Source: Octopus sinensis
Lineage: Eukaryota
Direction: 5' to 3'
DNA length: 64,000 bases
Assembly: GCF_006345805.1 (NCBI RefSeq)
Contig: NC_043002.1
Span: 50,530,001 to 50,594,000, forward strand
A program made the translations under genes and the position numbers. The notes below the pieces were generated by a model. It made no database searches. It saw nothing but the letters and a program-made list of their open reading frames with translations, and was not told the origin of the DNA. Shown here in pieces: positions 24,335 to 36,286 of this stretch (positions within the stretch are counted from its first letter, which is position 1; each line of letters starts with the position of its first letter).

Positions 24335-24645
24335 TGTTCTCAACACACTAATAATTATAGGCACGACCTTTACTATTCGCATGCTCCAAATTCTTCCTAT
24401 TTCGAACTTTAAGGGATTGTATATATTTTTTGTTGCTTTTCTTCCTCTTTTGTTTCGTCTCTGGAATCAAACGGGCATGATGGCTCTATAAGTAAGCAAC
24501 TTCGCTTTTCCTTATCTGCAACCTTTATGTCTGGTCTATCATTTTCTAATTTCTTTTCCGTTTGAATAGGAAAGTCCCACAAAATCTTACATTTCTCCGA
24601 CTCCAGTACTCTTTCAACGCGATGATTGTACCACGTGTTTCCAGA
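24335..24645 (-). mobile_element. RLE-type non-LTR retrotransposon (R4/Dong-like) endonuclease fragment
   Basis: WYNHRVERVLESEKCKILWDFPIQTEKKLENDRPDIKVADKEKRSCLLIEPSCPFD...KEEEK...MRIVKVVPIII; bounded by (CTT)n at 24647-24708. Confidence 0.85.
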
Positions 24646-25105
24646 TTCTTCTTCTTCTTCTTCTTCTTCTTCTTCTTCTTCTTCTTCTTCTTCTTCTTCT
24701 TCTTCTTCTAGTTTATTTGTCAAAGTTTTTTCGTCACACATACTACGACCTCTTCAGTGGTTTCCCTGTTCCACGTATTGTCCTGTCTATTCCGTTTTGT
24801 CTTTTCTATTTCCAAATATAACAAAATCTATTTCATCATACGATTTCACATCAAGCATCTGACAAGGATTTTTGCATCTCTTTGCATCGAGGGTATTATT
24901 TGACATGCATATTGTCACACTTAAAGTTTAGTGTCACCATTATTGTTGTTGTTGTAGTTGTTGCTCTTATTGTCTAGGCTAATGCTTCAGGTAATTGTAA
25001 TAGTAAACGGGTGGTAGTGCTGTTATCGATGATTATATTGAAGCTGGAAAATAAATTGATGGTACATTATTTACATTATTTACATTATTTAAATTGTTTG
25101 TTGTC

Positions 25106-25151
25106 AACACAACGTTTCGCCTGATATACCCTCCAGCCTTCTTCAGGTGTC
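25106..25151 (-). ncRNA. Minimal type I hammerhead ribozyme, core intact, one stem II mismatch
   Basis: GACAC-CTGAAGA-A-GGCTG-GAGGGTATAT-CAGGC-GAAAC-GT-T-GTGTT, with palindromic ACGT stem III and an extra A after A9. Confidence 0.72.
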
Positions 25152-25207
25152 TTGGGGAAACTTCGAACCTGGAAGCTCATTCCTCAACCACTACGCCATA
25201 TGCCCAC

Positions 25208-25281
25208 GGGCATATGGCGTAGTGGTTAAGCGCGCGGGATACTAATCCCGAGATTCGGTGTTCAATTTCAAACAGTGACCT
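25208..25281 (+). pseudogene. Full-length tRNA-like module (tRNA-Thr-like) heading the element; not a functional tRNA gene
   Basis: A-box TGGCGTAGTGG at position 8 (25215-25225), paired anticodon-arm stem CGGGA/TCCCG, degenerate B-box GTTCAATTTC (25260-25269), partial acceptor stem GGGCATA/AGTGACC; 74 nt long. Confidence 0.7.
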
Positions 25282-26214
25282 GAACAACAACAACAACAAC
25301 AACAATAATAATAATAATAATAATAACATCGAAAAATACCTTAGGAATGAGGATCCAGGTTCGAAATTTCCCCCTAGATACCTAAAGAAGGCTGGAGGGT
25401 ATATCAGTCAAAATGTTGTGTTAACAACAAACAAGATGACAAATATCTGTCGAATGTAAACAATGTAAATAATGTACATAATTCCTCATCTCTTAAATAT
25501 AGAACTAAATTGGCGGTTTTTATTGTGATGGTTTCATTGGCGGTGGAAATGATGGCGGGGTTGAATGTGATAGTTATTATGGTAGTAGTAGTAGTATTAG
25601 TAGTAGTAGTGGTAGTGGTGGTGGTGGTGGTGGTGGTGATAGTGATAGTTGATTTGTTAGCGATGAAGATAATTCTTGATAATGCTAATTCTAATTGGTT
25701 GTGATGATATTAATGAGTGTAGAAGGAAATAAATGGTGATGGTCATGATGATCATAGCTGTTGTTAAAAGTCAAACCCGCTGAGCGTTGATTAATCAGAG
25801 GTATTCCAACCAGATAGGGCGACCATTTTTCAGGCACAGTGTATCTAGGGCTACATCATTCAACGTGTCCTTTTATAAATGGTAGGTTGTGGTTTGGAGG
25901 AGATTTGGTCATATTTGTTTTTGTTTCGGTCGTAGTTATGATAGCTGAGATTGTGATGACTCTTGTCCTTGTAACATTATTAATGATGGGGGAGAAGCAG
26001 GGGTTGTAACGATAGTGGTAGTTGTGGCTATGGTATGGTAAATGGTAGACACAGCGGTGTTGGTGGTAGTAGGACTATTCGATAGTTAAGTTTATAGTAA
26101 TACGAAAATTAAAAAAAAAAACTGTTGGTGATGTTGTTGTTTGTCTCGTTGAGAATGTCAATAATGCGGGTCACTTATGATGATGATGAGGAGAAGAAGG
26201 TGGAGAAAGAAGAG

Positions 26215-26293
26215 GAGATTATAACGATGATGATGATGAGATGACGACGACGTCGAAGATGATGACGACGACTGTGATGATGATGAAGATGAA

Positions 26294-26353
<60 letters not shown>

Positions 26354-26404
26354 AATGATGATGATAATGTTGATGATGACGACAGCGATGATAATGCTTC
26401 TGCT

Positions 26405-26435
<31 letters not shown>

Positions 26436-26529
26436 ATGATAATGATGATGATGATGGTGATGACGAGGACGACGACGACGATGATGATGATGATGATGAT
26501 GATGATGAATGTGATGATGATGATGGCGT

Positions 26530-26578
<49 letters not shown>

Positions 26579-26831
26579 AATGACTTTGACGACTACGCCG
26601 ATAACGCGGATCATAATAATGATGGTGTTGGCTACGACGATGTTACAGTTACCGCCACAGCAGAAGAAGGTGAGGAAAACGATGCAGATGAGGATGATGA
26701 CAATGACGACGACGACGATGATGATGAAGATGACGACGAAGACGAAGATGATGACGATGGCGATGATGACGATGCTGATGACGATAATGATGATGATAAC
26801 GATGGTGGCGACGACGAGGCCAACGATGATA

Positions 26832-26872
<41 letters not shown>

Positions 26873-27440
26873 AACGACGACGACGAAAATTATGATGATG
26901 AAGAGAATGACGACGACTATTATTATGATGATGATCATGAAAACGGAAATAAGAGTAAGAGGAAGAAGAATAAAAGAAAGAATACGGGGTGGGGGTTAAT
27001 GATGATTATGATGAACGGGAAATAAAAAGGATATAAACAACAAGAAAAAAAAAGAACACTGATATTACATTGTTGTCATTGCTGTTCTTGTGGCAAGGAA
27101 ATTATTATGATAAATATTAATGAATAACATTACTATTAATATTGTTGGTGATAATAATGATGATGATGACAATGATGACGATGATGACAATGATGATGAT
27201 GGTGACGATGATGGTGGTGATGATGATGTTGGTGATGATGATGGTGATGATGATGATGATGATGGTGATGATGGTGATGATGATGTTGGTGATGATGATG
27301 GTGATGATGATGATGATGATGATGATGATGGTGATGATGATGTTCATGATGATAAGGTGGTGTTAATGGAGTTAGTGATGCTGCTGCTGCTGCTGAGGTT
27401 ATTATTAATAATAATAATGATAATAACAACAACAACAACA
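26215..27440. repeat. Long degenerate (GAT)n/(GAC)n/(GGT)n microsatellite blocks
   Basis: About 740 bp at 26215-26950 and about 220 bp at 27140-27360. They generate the poly-M/I/D/H ORFs. Confidence 0.95.
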
Positions 27441-27910
27441 ACAATAATAATATTAATAATAATCAGAATGATAAAAAATATTCCAATTTTATCAATAAAA
27501 ATATGATATTGACGATGATTAATAGTAAAAAGTGTTGTTGTTGCTGCTGTTGTCTAAGAATAGGATGATGAGGGAGGCGAAAGTGATGATGAAATATGAT
27601 CAAATCTAATGAAATGAAAATAGCGATCTGGATGCTAAATACGATGGAGAGAGAAAGAAAGAAAAAAGGAAGAGAGAGAGAGAGAGAGAGAGGGGGATAT
27701 TATTGGAATGAATGAATGAATGAAAGAATAGGAGAGAACAAGAGGGAGGGGAAGAGAAGAAGAGCAATTGAAAAGTAAGAGCAAGGACAAAGAAAGAGTC
27801 TGGTGAGACGTGAGAAAGAATAACGAAAAAAAGAAAATGAGAAACGTTAACAAGAAAGTAAAAGAGAAAGTGAGGGAGGAGGTAAGAACACAAGAAAATA
27901 AGGGTTGTGA

Positions 27911-27961
<51 letters not shown>

Positions 27962-28077
27962 TAGGGGAGGGAGAAGGTGTGAGAGAGGGATAGGTGGACG
28001 ACAAATGAAAGAGAGGAATTTCTGAACCAAACTTTAATGTTTGTATGCTAGAATATTCGTTAACTGAAATCACTAAT

Positions 28078-28270
28078 GTCACCACACCACCACCACCACC
28101 ACCACCACCACCACCACCAAAATCACTACCACCACCAAAATCACTACCACCACCACCACCAAAACCACCACCACCACCACCACCACCACCACCACCAAAA
28201 CCACCACCACCACCACCACCACCACCAACACCACCACAACCACTGCTACCACCACCGTCACCTCCACCAC
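28078..28270. repeat. (CCA)n microsatellite with CCAAAATCACTA interruptions
   Basis: Source of the proline-rich ORF 28045..28386. Confidence 0.9.
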
Positions 28271-28314
28271 AGAACTTAGTAAACTTATCTGGCGACTTAA
28301 AGACTAACAAATTG

Positions 28315-29165
28315 TTTTCTTTATACTGGAAAATTTCATCTAGATCATTCCCCTATGACAAAGGGAAATTTTTCAGTCCTCTCTAAACGGAAGACCAATT
28401 TGCCATCCTCTTTTCCAAACACAAACTGGTGAACACGTTTATGGAATGAGTTTATGCGTTTTACAAATAGTAACTACTCCTTACATAATAATAATTTCTG
28501 CAAATTATTTTTTTCTTTATTCATTATTCTTACTTCCCATAACCTTTATTCCCCCCTTCATCTTTTCTTTCCATCTTTTATCTAACCTTCGACTGTACTG
28601 GACCCGATTTTCTGTGCTCTTCGCTCTACCCCTGCCGTGTATAATCTTTTAGGACAGTTTTCTTTTCTCTTTCGCGTTACCGATTTTTGTCTTGTCTTTT
28701 CTTGCAGCCCCAAAGCTTTACGCTGTATATGTATTATCATAATTAATTGTTGCCTTCACGTGGCCGTATGCCTTCATACTGTTTATTGTTTTCTTCGCCT
28801 GTCCGTCCACTAACGGTTTCGAGCCCATTTCGTTTTGTTATGTTTAGATCCCATTCCTGGCAAGTTTCTTGTCGGTGCCTCGATAATGGCTGAAATTGCG
28901 TTTGACTCCTCTGGCCGATAACTGATGAAGAATTGGTGAGCTACGTTTTCTGTTCGCTTGTGTATTTAGTATATGTTCATTTGATAATTTACTTCAGTTC
29001 TTTTTTAAATTTATATATAGACTGTTAAGTGCTATTTTACGTTTGTTTTCTTTTTACTTAATCCTGAAAATATTATTTATGTAACCCACGCACTCCTTAA
29101 TTTTTTACCGTATATATATATATATAATATATATATATATATATCCTCTTCTCTAAGCCGTATAT

Positions 29166-29200
<35 letters not shown>

Positions 29201-29215
29201 CCTCTTCTCTAAGCT

Positions 29216-29257
<42 letters not shown>

Positions 29258-29434
29258 ATATAATATTATATATATCCTCTTCTCTAAGCTGGTTTATATA
29301 TATATATATAAACGTGTTCACCAGTTTGTGTTGGAAAAGAGGATGGCAAATTGGTCTTCCGTTTAGAGAGGACTGAAAAATTTCCCTTTGTCATAGGGGA
29401 ATGATCTAGATGAAATTTTCCAGTATAAAGAAAA
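28315..29434. repeat. 128-bp near-identical inverted duplication (28315-28442 vs 29308-29434)
   Basis: Base-by-base identical reverse complement except for one A indel (ttccaaacac vs ttccaacac); ~865-bp spacer. Confidence 0.95.
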
Positions 29435-29457
29435 TGTATCACTCTCTCTCTCTCTCT

Positions 29458-29499
<42 letters not shown>

Positions 29500-29799
29500 A
29501 GAGAGAGAGAGAGAGAGAGAGATACATATATATATGTATGTATGCGTATTTATGTGTATATATACATACATGCATAATACATATATACGTATACATAGAC
29601 AGACGTACTGATGCAGAGAGAGAGAGAGAGAGAGGGAAAAAGAGCGATAAAGAGACAGGCAGACATATAAAGGCTTGGTGAGATAGAAGACAATGTAAAA
29701 GATAAAAATGACAAAAGACTAAGAAATAGAAAGGGTTAGAGATAAAGAGAAAAGAGACAGAAAGAGGTATAAGAATATTAAATGAGCGAAAGACAGTAC

Positions 29800-29999
29800 A
29801 ACAGAAAAACAATTGTGATGATAGTGGTTGTGGTGATATTGCTGATGATGGTGATGATGATGATGAAAATGATGCTGATGAAAATGATACTGTTGATGAT
29901 GATGGTAATAATGATGATGATGATGAAAATGATGATGGTGATGATGATATGATGATAATGGTGATGAAGATGATGCTGATAATAAAAATGATGATGATA

Positions 30000-30041
<42 letters not shown>

Positions 30042-30072
30042 GTATTGGTGGTGGTGTGATGTTGATGATGAC

Positions 30073-30126
<54 letters not shown>

Positions 30127-30150
30127 AGTTAATATGATGATGATGACGAT
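29800..30150. repeat. (GAT)n microsatellite
   Basis: Degenerate gatgatgat tract. Confidence 0.93.
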
Positions 30151-30938
30151 GATGATTACAACGCGTATGAAGTGTGGGTCTTGACGGAATTTTGATGATG
30201 TGCATGATTTTGAAAGAAGCTGCAATATCCAGACATAGAGCATAAATGATGTGGAGACAGTGAGATAAAAGAAAATGAATAAACGCATAAATAAATAAAC
30301 AAACAAACAAGCAAATAAATAAATAAATAAAATTAAAGCCGAAAAGAATACCAAGACAGAAATGTGTTGAAAGATGAGAAACAGGTAGTAAAGGAAAATA
30401 AAAATGACGGTAAAGGTACACACACACGCGCCCGCGTGCATTGATACATACACAGACACGTGCACATAAACGCGCACATACACGCACACTTACACACACA
30501 CAAATGAATAAGCAAACAAGTATACGAAAATATAACATGTCTGATACAGTCCTGTATAAGATTTCTTCAAAAGCAGACGACACATTTAAAAGCAAACGAC
30601 AGTGAAAAAGAAAGAAAAAAAAATCTTATTAAGATGGCGTAATTCTTTTACATTCACCTGCTCTCCTCTTTCGATGAGTAACTTCCTTACAAAGCAATGA
30701 CATTGGTTTGGGGGTAGCATATCAGAAGTGTCTTTGTGCGAACAAAAGCGACCCCAATCAGATGTGTCAAAAAATAACATTCTATCAAAATCATATTTAT
30801 TGAATATCTTCCTGGTCTACAAAACACCTGCTTCTCCATCCGTCTACCCATCCATCCATCCATCCATCCATCCATCATCCATCCATCCATCCATCCATCC
30901 ATACAAGCATGCATGCCTCTATGAATCCATGATTCAGG

Positions 30939-30997
<59 letters not shown>

Positions 30998-31128
30998 GTT
31001 CTTTCTTTCTGTATCTATCTATATATCGATCTATATAACACACATATATATTTATATCTATATTTATATTTGTATACACACATGTATTTATACATATATA
31101 TATATATCTTTATATATACGTGTATATG

Positions 31129-31211
<83 letters not shown>

Positions 31212-31270
31212 ATATATATACATACATATACACGTACATATAAAGATATATATATATATATATATATAAT

Positions 31271-31324
<54 letters not shown>

Positions 31325-31337
31325 GCATATATATACA

Positions 31338-31799
31338 GAGTAGGAAAATTAGAAAAATTTTCTACCAGTGGCTAGCATGCATGAAATAGTCAATAAACAA
31401 CATATTTTTCATATAAATTTAATGTACATTACACAAAAGAGGTGACCCTAACAGGTCATTTTACATGCTAAAAGGAGCAGTTAAAGGCCAAATCACGGTT
31501 TAAGAGTAATTTCGAAGTGGATTTGAAAAATTATAATGTATAAAGATGAGACGTGTGCTGTCTATTTGTCCCATAATTATACGTTAAATTTTAGCGCCGT
31601 TGCTGATGAGAACACGGATAGCAAATCATTTTATTTGTTCATTAATGTTCGAAACCTAGGTACAAGTGGTAACTATTGAAAATGCATTTATTTTTCATCC
31701 TCTTCGAAATTACTCTTAACCGTGGTTTGGGATCTGACTGCTCCTTTTAGCATGTAAGGTGTCCAGTTAAGGTTACCTCTTTTGTGTATAAATGTACAC

Positions 31800-31800
<1 letters not shown>
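31338..31800 (+). mobile_element. PLE-terminus-like unit with hammerhead, closed by a ~115-bp inverted copy (31420-31535 vs 31685-31800)
   Basis: Arms acacaaaagaggt...ttacatgctaaaaggagcag...aagagtaatttcgaag and their reverse complement, embedded in (TA)n on both sides. Confidence 0.8.
31597..31669 (+). ncRNA. Type I hammerhead ribozyme with a fully canonical core and extended stem II
   Basis: CCGTTG-CTGATGA-GAACA...TGTTC-GAAAC-CTAG-GT-A-CAA(G)TGG. G10.1-C11.1 is paired, stem III is the palindrome ACCTAGGT, and the cleavage triplet is GUA. Confidence 0.78.
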
Positions 31801-31872
<72 letters not shown>

Positions 31873-32409
31873 ATTATATATATATGTATGTATGTATGTG
31901 TATCAGTTGAATAAAGTTACAACAAAATCTGGATTTCACGTTTTCTATTATTGTATTTTAAAAGAATATTTTTGCAAGGTTGAAGTGTTAAACATTAAAA
32001 AAATATTTTGTAATGTTCATAAAGTTCATTTGGCGGTTTCATACGTTCGTAGTAATCATCAGATTTCAAAATGTATTAACTGACAGTTCAATTCAGTGCT
32101 TGACAACAGTAGTAAAATGACTAACTTCTTCCTTTTTATACCTTTTAGAAGGCTCCGAGAAGCTGAATTTTTCGAAAACTGTTTTGATCAATCAGCATTC
32201 ATCTTAAACGTCACGGTTTACCGGGCGCACCGATATTACAGGCATAGATCTCGCCTTTATTTCAAATAATAAGCTTGTGGTTTACATGTAATGGTTTTAT
32301 GAGTGAGTAAACTTTGTTGGTTTCGATCGTTTTTATTTCAATCGCTTGGAGTATTCTGTAATTTGTTTATATTCATATTTTAAAGATATTTTTTAATCCA
32401 CATCATTAA

Positions 32410-33085
32410 CTGGTTGCTATATTATTTCCGTCCAGAACCGTTTTGAAAATTTTAATAAACTGTTTTTTTTTTATCCTTCTTCCAACTTCACTTGTTTCAT
32501 GTAGTTTGCGGGAAGGAAAAATTTGAAACATTTTCTGACCATGCGTCTCTATATGTTCACTCAATGGAATTTGGCGAACATTAGTGTTCCGGATTTGTTG
32601 TCTGTGAACTCGTGAGCGTTCCGATAATGCATTCCTTGTCCGGCCAATGTATAGTTCCTCGCAATCAGGGCATTTAAAGCAGTAGATCAAATTTCTGCTT
32701 TCGCAATTCATATCTGCATTTGCGAAAATCTTTCCATTTTTTTGTTCTAATGGATGTACCAGCATGTATGTATTGACACGTTCCACATCTGTTATCATTA
32801 CACTTGGATACTGTGAATGATTTATCCTGTTTGTTCATGTTGGAGTTTGCCTTTGTTAATATTACTTTATGTGGTTGCGTTTTGCTTAAGATAAGTGTTT
32901 GATTAGTTATTATGTTTTTCAGTTTTTCACTTTGTTTCATAATTGGCGAATTTGTTTTGATGATGTTAAACATATTTTGGTGATGTGGATTGTGAGTTAC
33001 TACAGATAGAATTGTGTTCCGTTGTCGGGTTCGTCATTCTCGTGTTGCCCTAATTGTTCTATAGGTATCTCTTTTGTTCGTTGAG
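32410..33085 (-). mobile_element. Penelope-like element (Neptune-type) GIY-YIG endonuclease fragment
   Basis: KCNDNRCGTCQYI.../...NCESRNLIYCFKCPDCEELYIGRTRNALSERSRVHRQQIR...LSEHI...KKQFIKIFK..L shows a Zn-finger linker plus IY-C-x2-C-YIG-T-R-H; frameshifted. Confidence 0.85.
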
Positions 33086-34000
33086 TTTTATAGAACAAAC
33101 CTGTTCTGAACGGAAATTTGTGTGTGTGTGTATGAGTGTGTGTGTCTATGGGTGTGAGTGTGTGTGTGTTTGTGTGTGTGTGTGAGAGTGTGTGTGCATG
33201 AATGTATGTATATTTTATACATCAAGCCCAAGCGTGCTACCAGGAGCTGTTTATTAAGTATTGTCTTAATCAAATAACTCTATTCATGAAATCGGTCACT
33301 TAATATCAATGTATAAAATCGTCATAAATTATGAACTTCGAGAACATATTCAACCACACGAGAGTAAAGGGTAACTCAGAGTAACGGGACCCAAAATCTA
33401 ATAGATTCAGAAACAAGCATGCAAATATATCAAAAATACATTCCCATCGTCAACTGCATAAGAGATATCACTAAGGTTTTGACACCTGGTCATATACATC
33501 TGTAAATTAATAAATGAATAAATAATATACATTTATGTGTGTCTATGTGTATGTATATCTATATACATATATGTATTTGTATGTATGTATGTATGTATGT
33601 ATGTATGTATTATGTATGTATGTATGTTGTATGTATGTATGTATGTATTATGTATGTATCTATCTATCTGTGTTTGCTTTTATGTTCAGTTACCATAAAA
33701 ATAATTTTACATTAACCTATAATTTTTAGACTACAAATTTATTAGTCCTATATAAGAACGTTGTGTATAGGGATTTCGAAGTTTCCGCCAATTAATCCAT
33801 AGTCGGACTGCAATGCGTTAGAGTTAGTTATGCCTTTATATAGTCTCTGTTGGGTTAAAATTATCTTTGGGTGTGTGGGTGTGAGTGGAGTGGTAATTAG
33901 ATTTTTAATGTACGTTGTTTTGGAAAGGTGTTTTGAAAAAAATTTGATTACTCTGAAATCATGCTTTTATTTAGAATCCATTATATGTGTATACAATTAA

Positions 34001-34034
<34 letters not shown>

Positions 34035-34037
34035 TAT

Positions 34038-34095
<58 letters not shown>

Positions 34096-34171
34096 CTGTG
34101 AGGTAAAGAAAGGAAATATAGCGTGTGAAGAAAACACATATAAGACATGAATGAAAAATATTTAAACACAT

Positions 34172-34338
34172 AGCGCAGTGGCTGTGTGGCTGTGTGGTAA
34201 GTAGCTTGCTTACCAACCACATGGTTCCGGGTTCACTCCCACTGCGTGGTACCTTGGGCAAGTGTCTTCTACTATAAACTCGGGCCGACCAAAGCCTTGT
34301 GAGTAGATTTTGTAGACGAAACTGAAGGAACCCGTCGT

Positions 34339-34342
<4 letters not shown>
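34172..34342 (+). mobile_element. SINE family A, 5' half
   Basis: gtggctgtgtggtaagtagcttgcttaccaaccacatggttccgggttcactccc... Confidence 0.88.
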
Positions 34343-34425
<83 letters not shown>

Positions 34426-34436
34426 ATATATATATA

Positions 34437-34469
<33 letters not shown>

Positions 34470-34479
<10 letters not shown>

Positions 34480-34960
34480 GTCCTTGCCAGCAAAAGGCTT
34501 CTTCGTTCGTCCCTTGTGTGGTTAATTTCCTGTATAGTATTCTTGTTATTTTCTCGTTTTGTAACTAATTGTACTTTTTGTACATGTATTTTTATTTTTG
34601 CAGTTTTATTGTTTGTCTATGCAGAAAAAAGGCTTTTTTCGTTCGTCCTCTTGTGTTTGTTTTTGTACATGTATTTTAATTTTGCAGTCTTATTGTTACG
34701 TCTTGTTTGTGTTCGTACTCATTGTGCCCCGCTGCTTGAAATTTTATTTAATTCTCTCGCAGGAAGGCCTATTGGATTAGTGTTCTGTTATGCCTTCGAA
34801 ACATGCCTGACTCCTCTAGCGACAGCTGATGACGGGGGTTTTGTCCTTGTGTAACCTGTCCTGTATTTGGTTTTCGTTTTCCGTTTTTGTTTTGTTTTTT
34901 GGCTTTTTTGTTTCTACGTCTTATTGTGATGTCCTGTACTTCCGTATAATTATTTATATA
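34470..34960. mobile_element. PLE-terminus-like relic with an internal ~110-bp direct duplication and degenerate tandem hammerhead motifs
   Basis: Duplication aaaaggctt.ttcgttcgtcc...tttttgtacatgtatttt..ttttgcagt.ttattgtt at ~34495 and ~34625. HHR relic ACAG-CTGATGA-C-GGGGG..TCCTT-GT-GTAAC-CT-GT-C-CTGT at 34822-34864. Confidence 0.55.
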
Positions 34961-35031
34961 TGCATGTATATATACATGTAGATGTAGGTACGTACATATA
35001 TGTTTGTATGTATGCATATATTTTATTATCT

Positions 35032-35076
<45 letters not shown>

Positions 35077-35091
35077 GTGAAGGCGCACAGT

Positions 35092-35420
35092 AAAGGCGCA
35101 TGGCTCAGTGGTTAGAGCGTCGAGCTTACGATCGCGAGGTTGTGAGCTCGAATCCCGGACCGGGCTGGGTGTTGTGTTCTTGAGCAAGGCACTTTATTTC
35201 ACGTTGCTCCAGTTCACTCAGCTGTAGAAATGAGTTGCGACGTCACTGGTGCCAAGCTGTATCGACCTTTGTCTTTCCCTTGGATAACACTGGTGGCGTG
35301 GAGAGGGGAGGCTGGTATGTATGGGCGACTGCTGGTCTTCCATAAACAACCGTGCCCGGACTTGTGTCTAGGAGGGTAACTTTCTAGGTGCAATCCCATG
35401 GTCATTCATGACCGAAGGGG
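35092..35420 (+). mobile_element. SINE with family C head/core and a different 3' tail
   Basis: tggctcagtggttagagcg...gagctcgaatccc...ttgtgttcttgagcaaggcactttatttcacgttgctccagttcactcagctg, then an unrelated tail. It is followed by a family A 3' half (35430-35620). Confidence 0.85.
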
Positions 35421-36159
35421 GTCCTTACCCTTTATATATATATGTTTGTGTGTCTGTGTTTGTCCCCCCCAACATCGTTTGACAACCGATGCTGGTGGTT
35501 ACGTCCCCGTCATTTAGTGGTTCGGCAAGAGAGACCGATAGAATAAGTAGTAGGCTTACAAAGAATAAGTCCTGGGATTAATTTGGTCGACTAAAGGCAG
35601 TGCTCCAGCATGGCCGCAGAACATATGCATTAGCATTTACATCCTCTGTTAAACGTGCGCTCATGCAAATCTGCATACTTTTCTGAATCTGGTAAATTCT
35701 TATATACCTACACATATACAAAGACATCTTTAAATATCGAATAGTATCTCAAACAGTAACTCATACAAACATACACATGAAAATCTGTTGTTACGGATAC
35801 TGCTACGTGCGCGCTCCTCCCCCACACACACGCACACACATACAAACACACATATACACACGCCGCGCACACAGATACACGCTCTGTCTGTCTCTCTCTC
35901 ATTCACTCTGTCTGTCCCTCTGTCGCTCTCACACGCACTCAATATCTGAGTAATTCATGAGAGCGAGGTCTCATCAGAGAGCAGCTAATATAAATCTTTG
36001 TATGAAATACTTTTAAGGGCCGCTCCTTTTCACTTACAGCATGCTGCAAAAACTCATTTATTCCCGAAAATCATGTCAGATTTTTCTGGTGATGGTGGGA
36101 CATCGCCCCTTTCAACCTCTACGAATGTGTTTTATTTGTTTCAGTGCTTTTTGAGGAAG

Positions 36160-36191
36160 AGATATTATCATTATCATCATCATCATCATCA

Positions 36192-36222
<31 letters not shown>

Positions 36223-36223
36223 A

Positions 36224-36286
<63 letters not shown>

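Larger units (their letters stand above)
25060..25507. mobile_element. Fold-back tRNA-head + hammerhead element (plus unit 25201-25507, internally deleted inverted unit 25060-25207)
   Basis: Palindromic axis aaccactacgccatatgccc-ac-gggcatatggcgtagtggtt. Both arms contain the HHR segment cctRaagaaggctggagggtatatcag. Homologous to 1955-2187. Confidence 0.88.

Noticed and set aside
25208-25281. Functional tRNA gene
   Set aside because: Degenerate B-box/T-arm, a non-canonical anticodon loop and only 5/7 acceptor pairs; kept only as a tRNA-like repeat module. The SINE heads at 20004, 21012 and 35092 are likewise not tRNA genes.
26219-26999. Long ORFs (239 aa poly-Ile, 252 aa poly-Met)
   Set aside because: Pure (GAT)n microsatellite translation; open frames arise because the repeat lacks stops.
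28045-28386. Proline-rich extensin/formin-like ORF
   Set aside because: Derived from a (CCA)n microsatellite; no supporting start context or second domain.
29143-29295. CRISPR-like repeat-spacer array
   Set aside because: The spacers are (TA)n microsatellite rather than unique sequence; eukaryotic context with no cas genes.
29363-30595. 410-aa minus ORF, the longest in the window
   Set aside because: Built from (GA)n, (CAT)n and (TG)n tracts, with no domain-like composition.
34793-34838. Type II (permuted) hammerhead reading GAAAC...CTGATGA-C-GGGGG/CCTTC
   Set aside because: The U16.1/H17 register does not fit in either copy; a tandem type I arrangement explains the sequence better.
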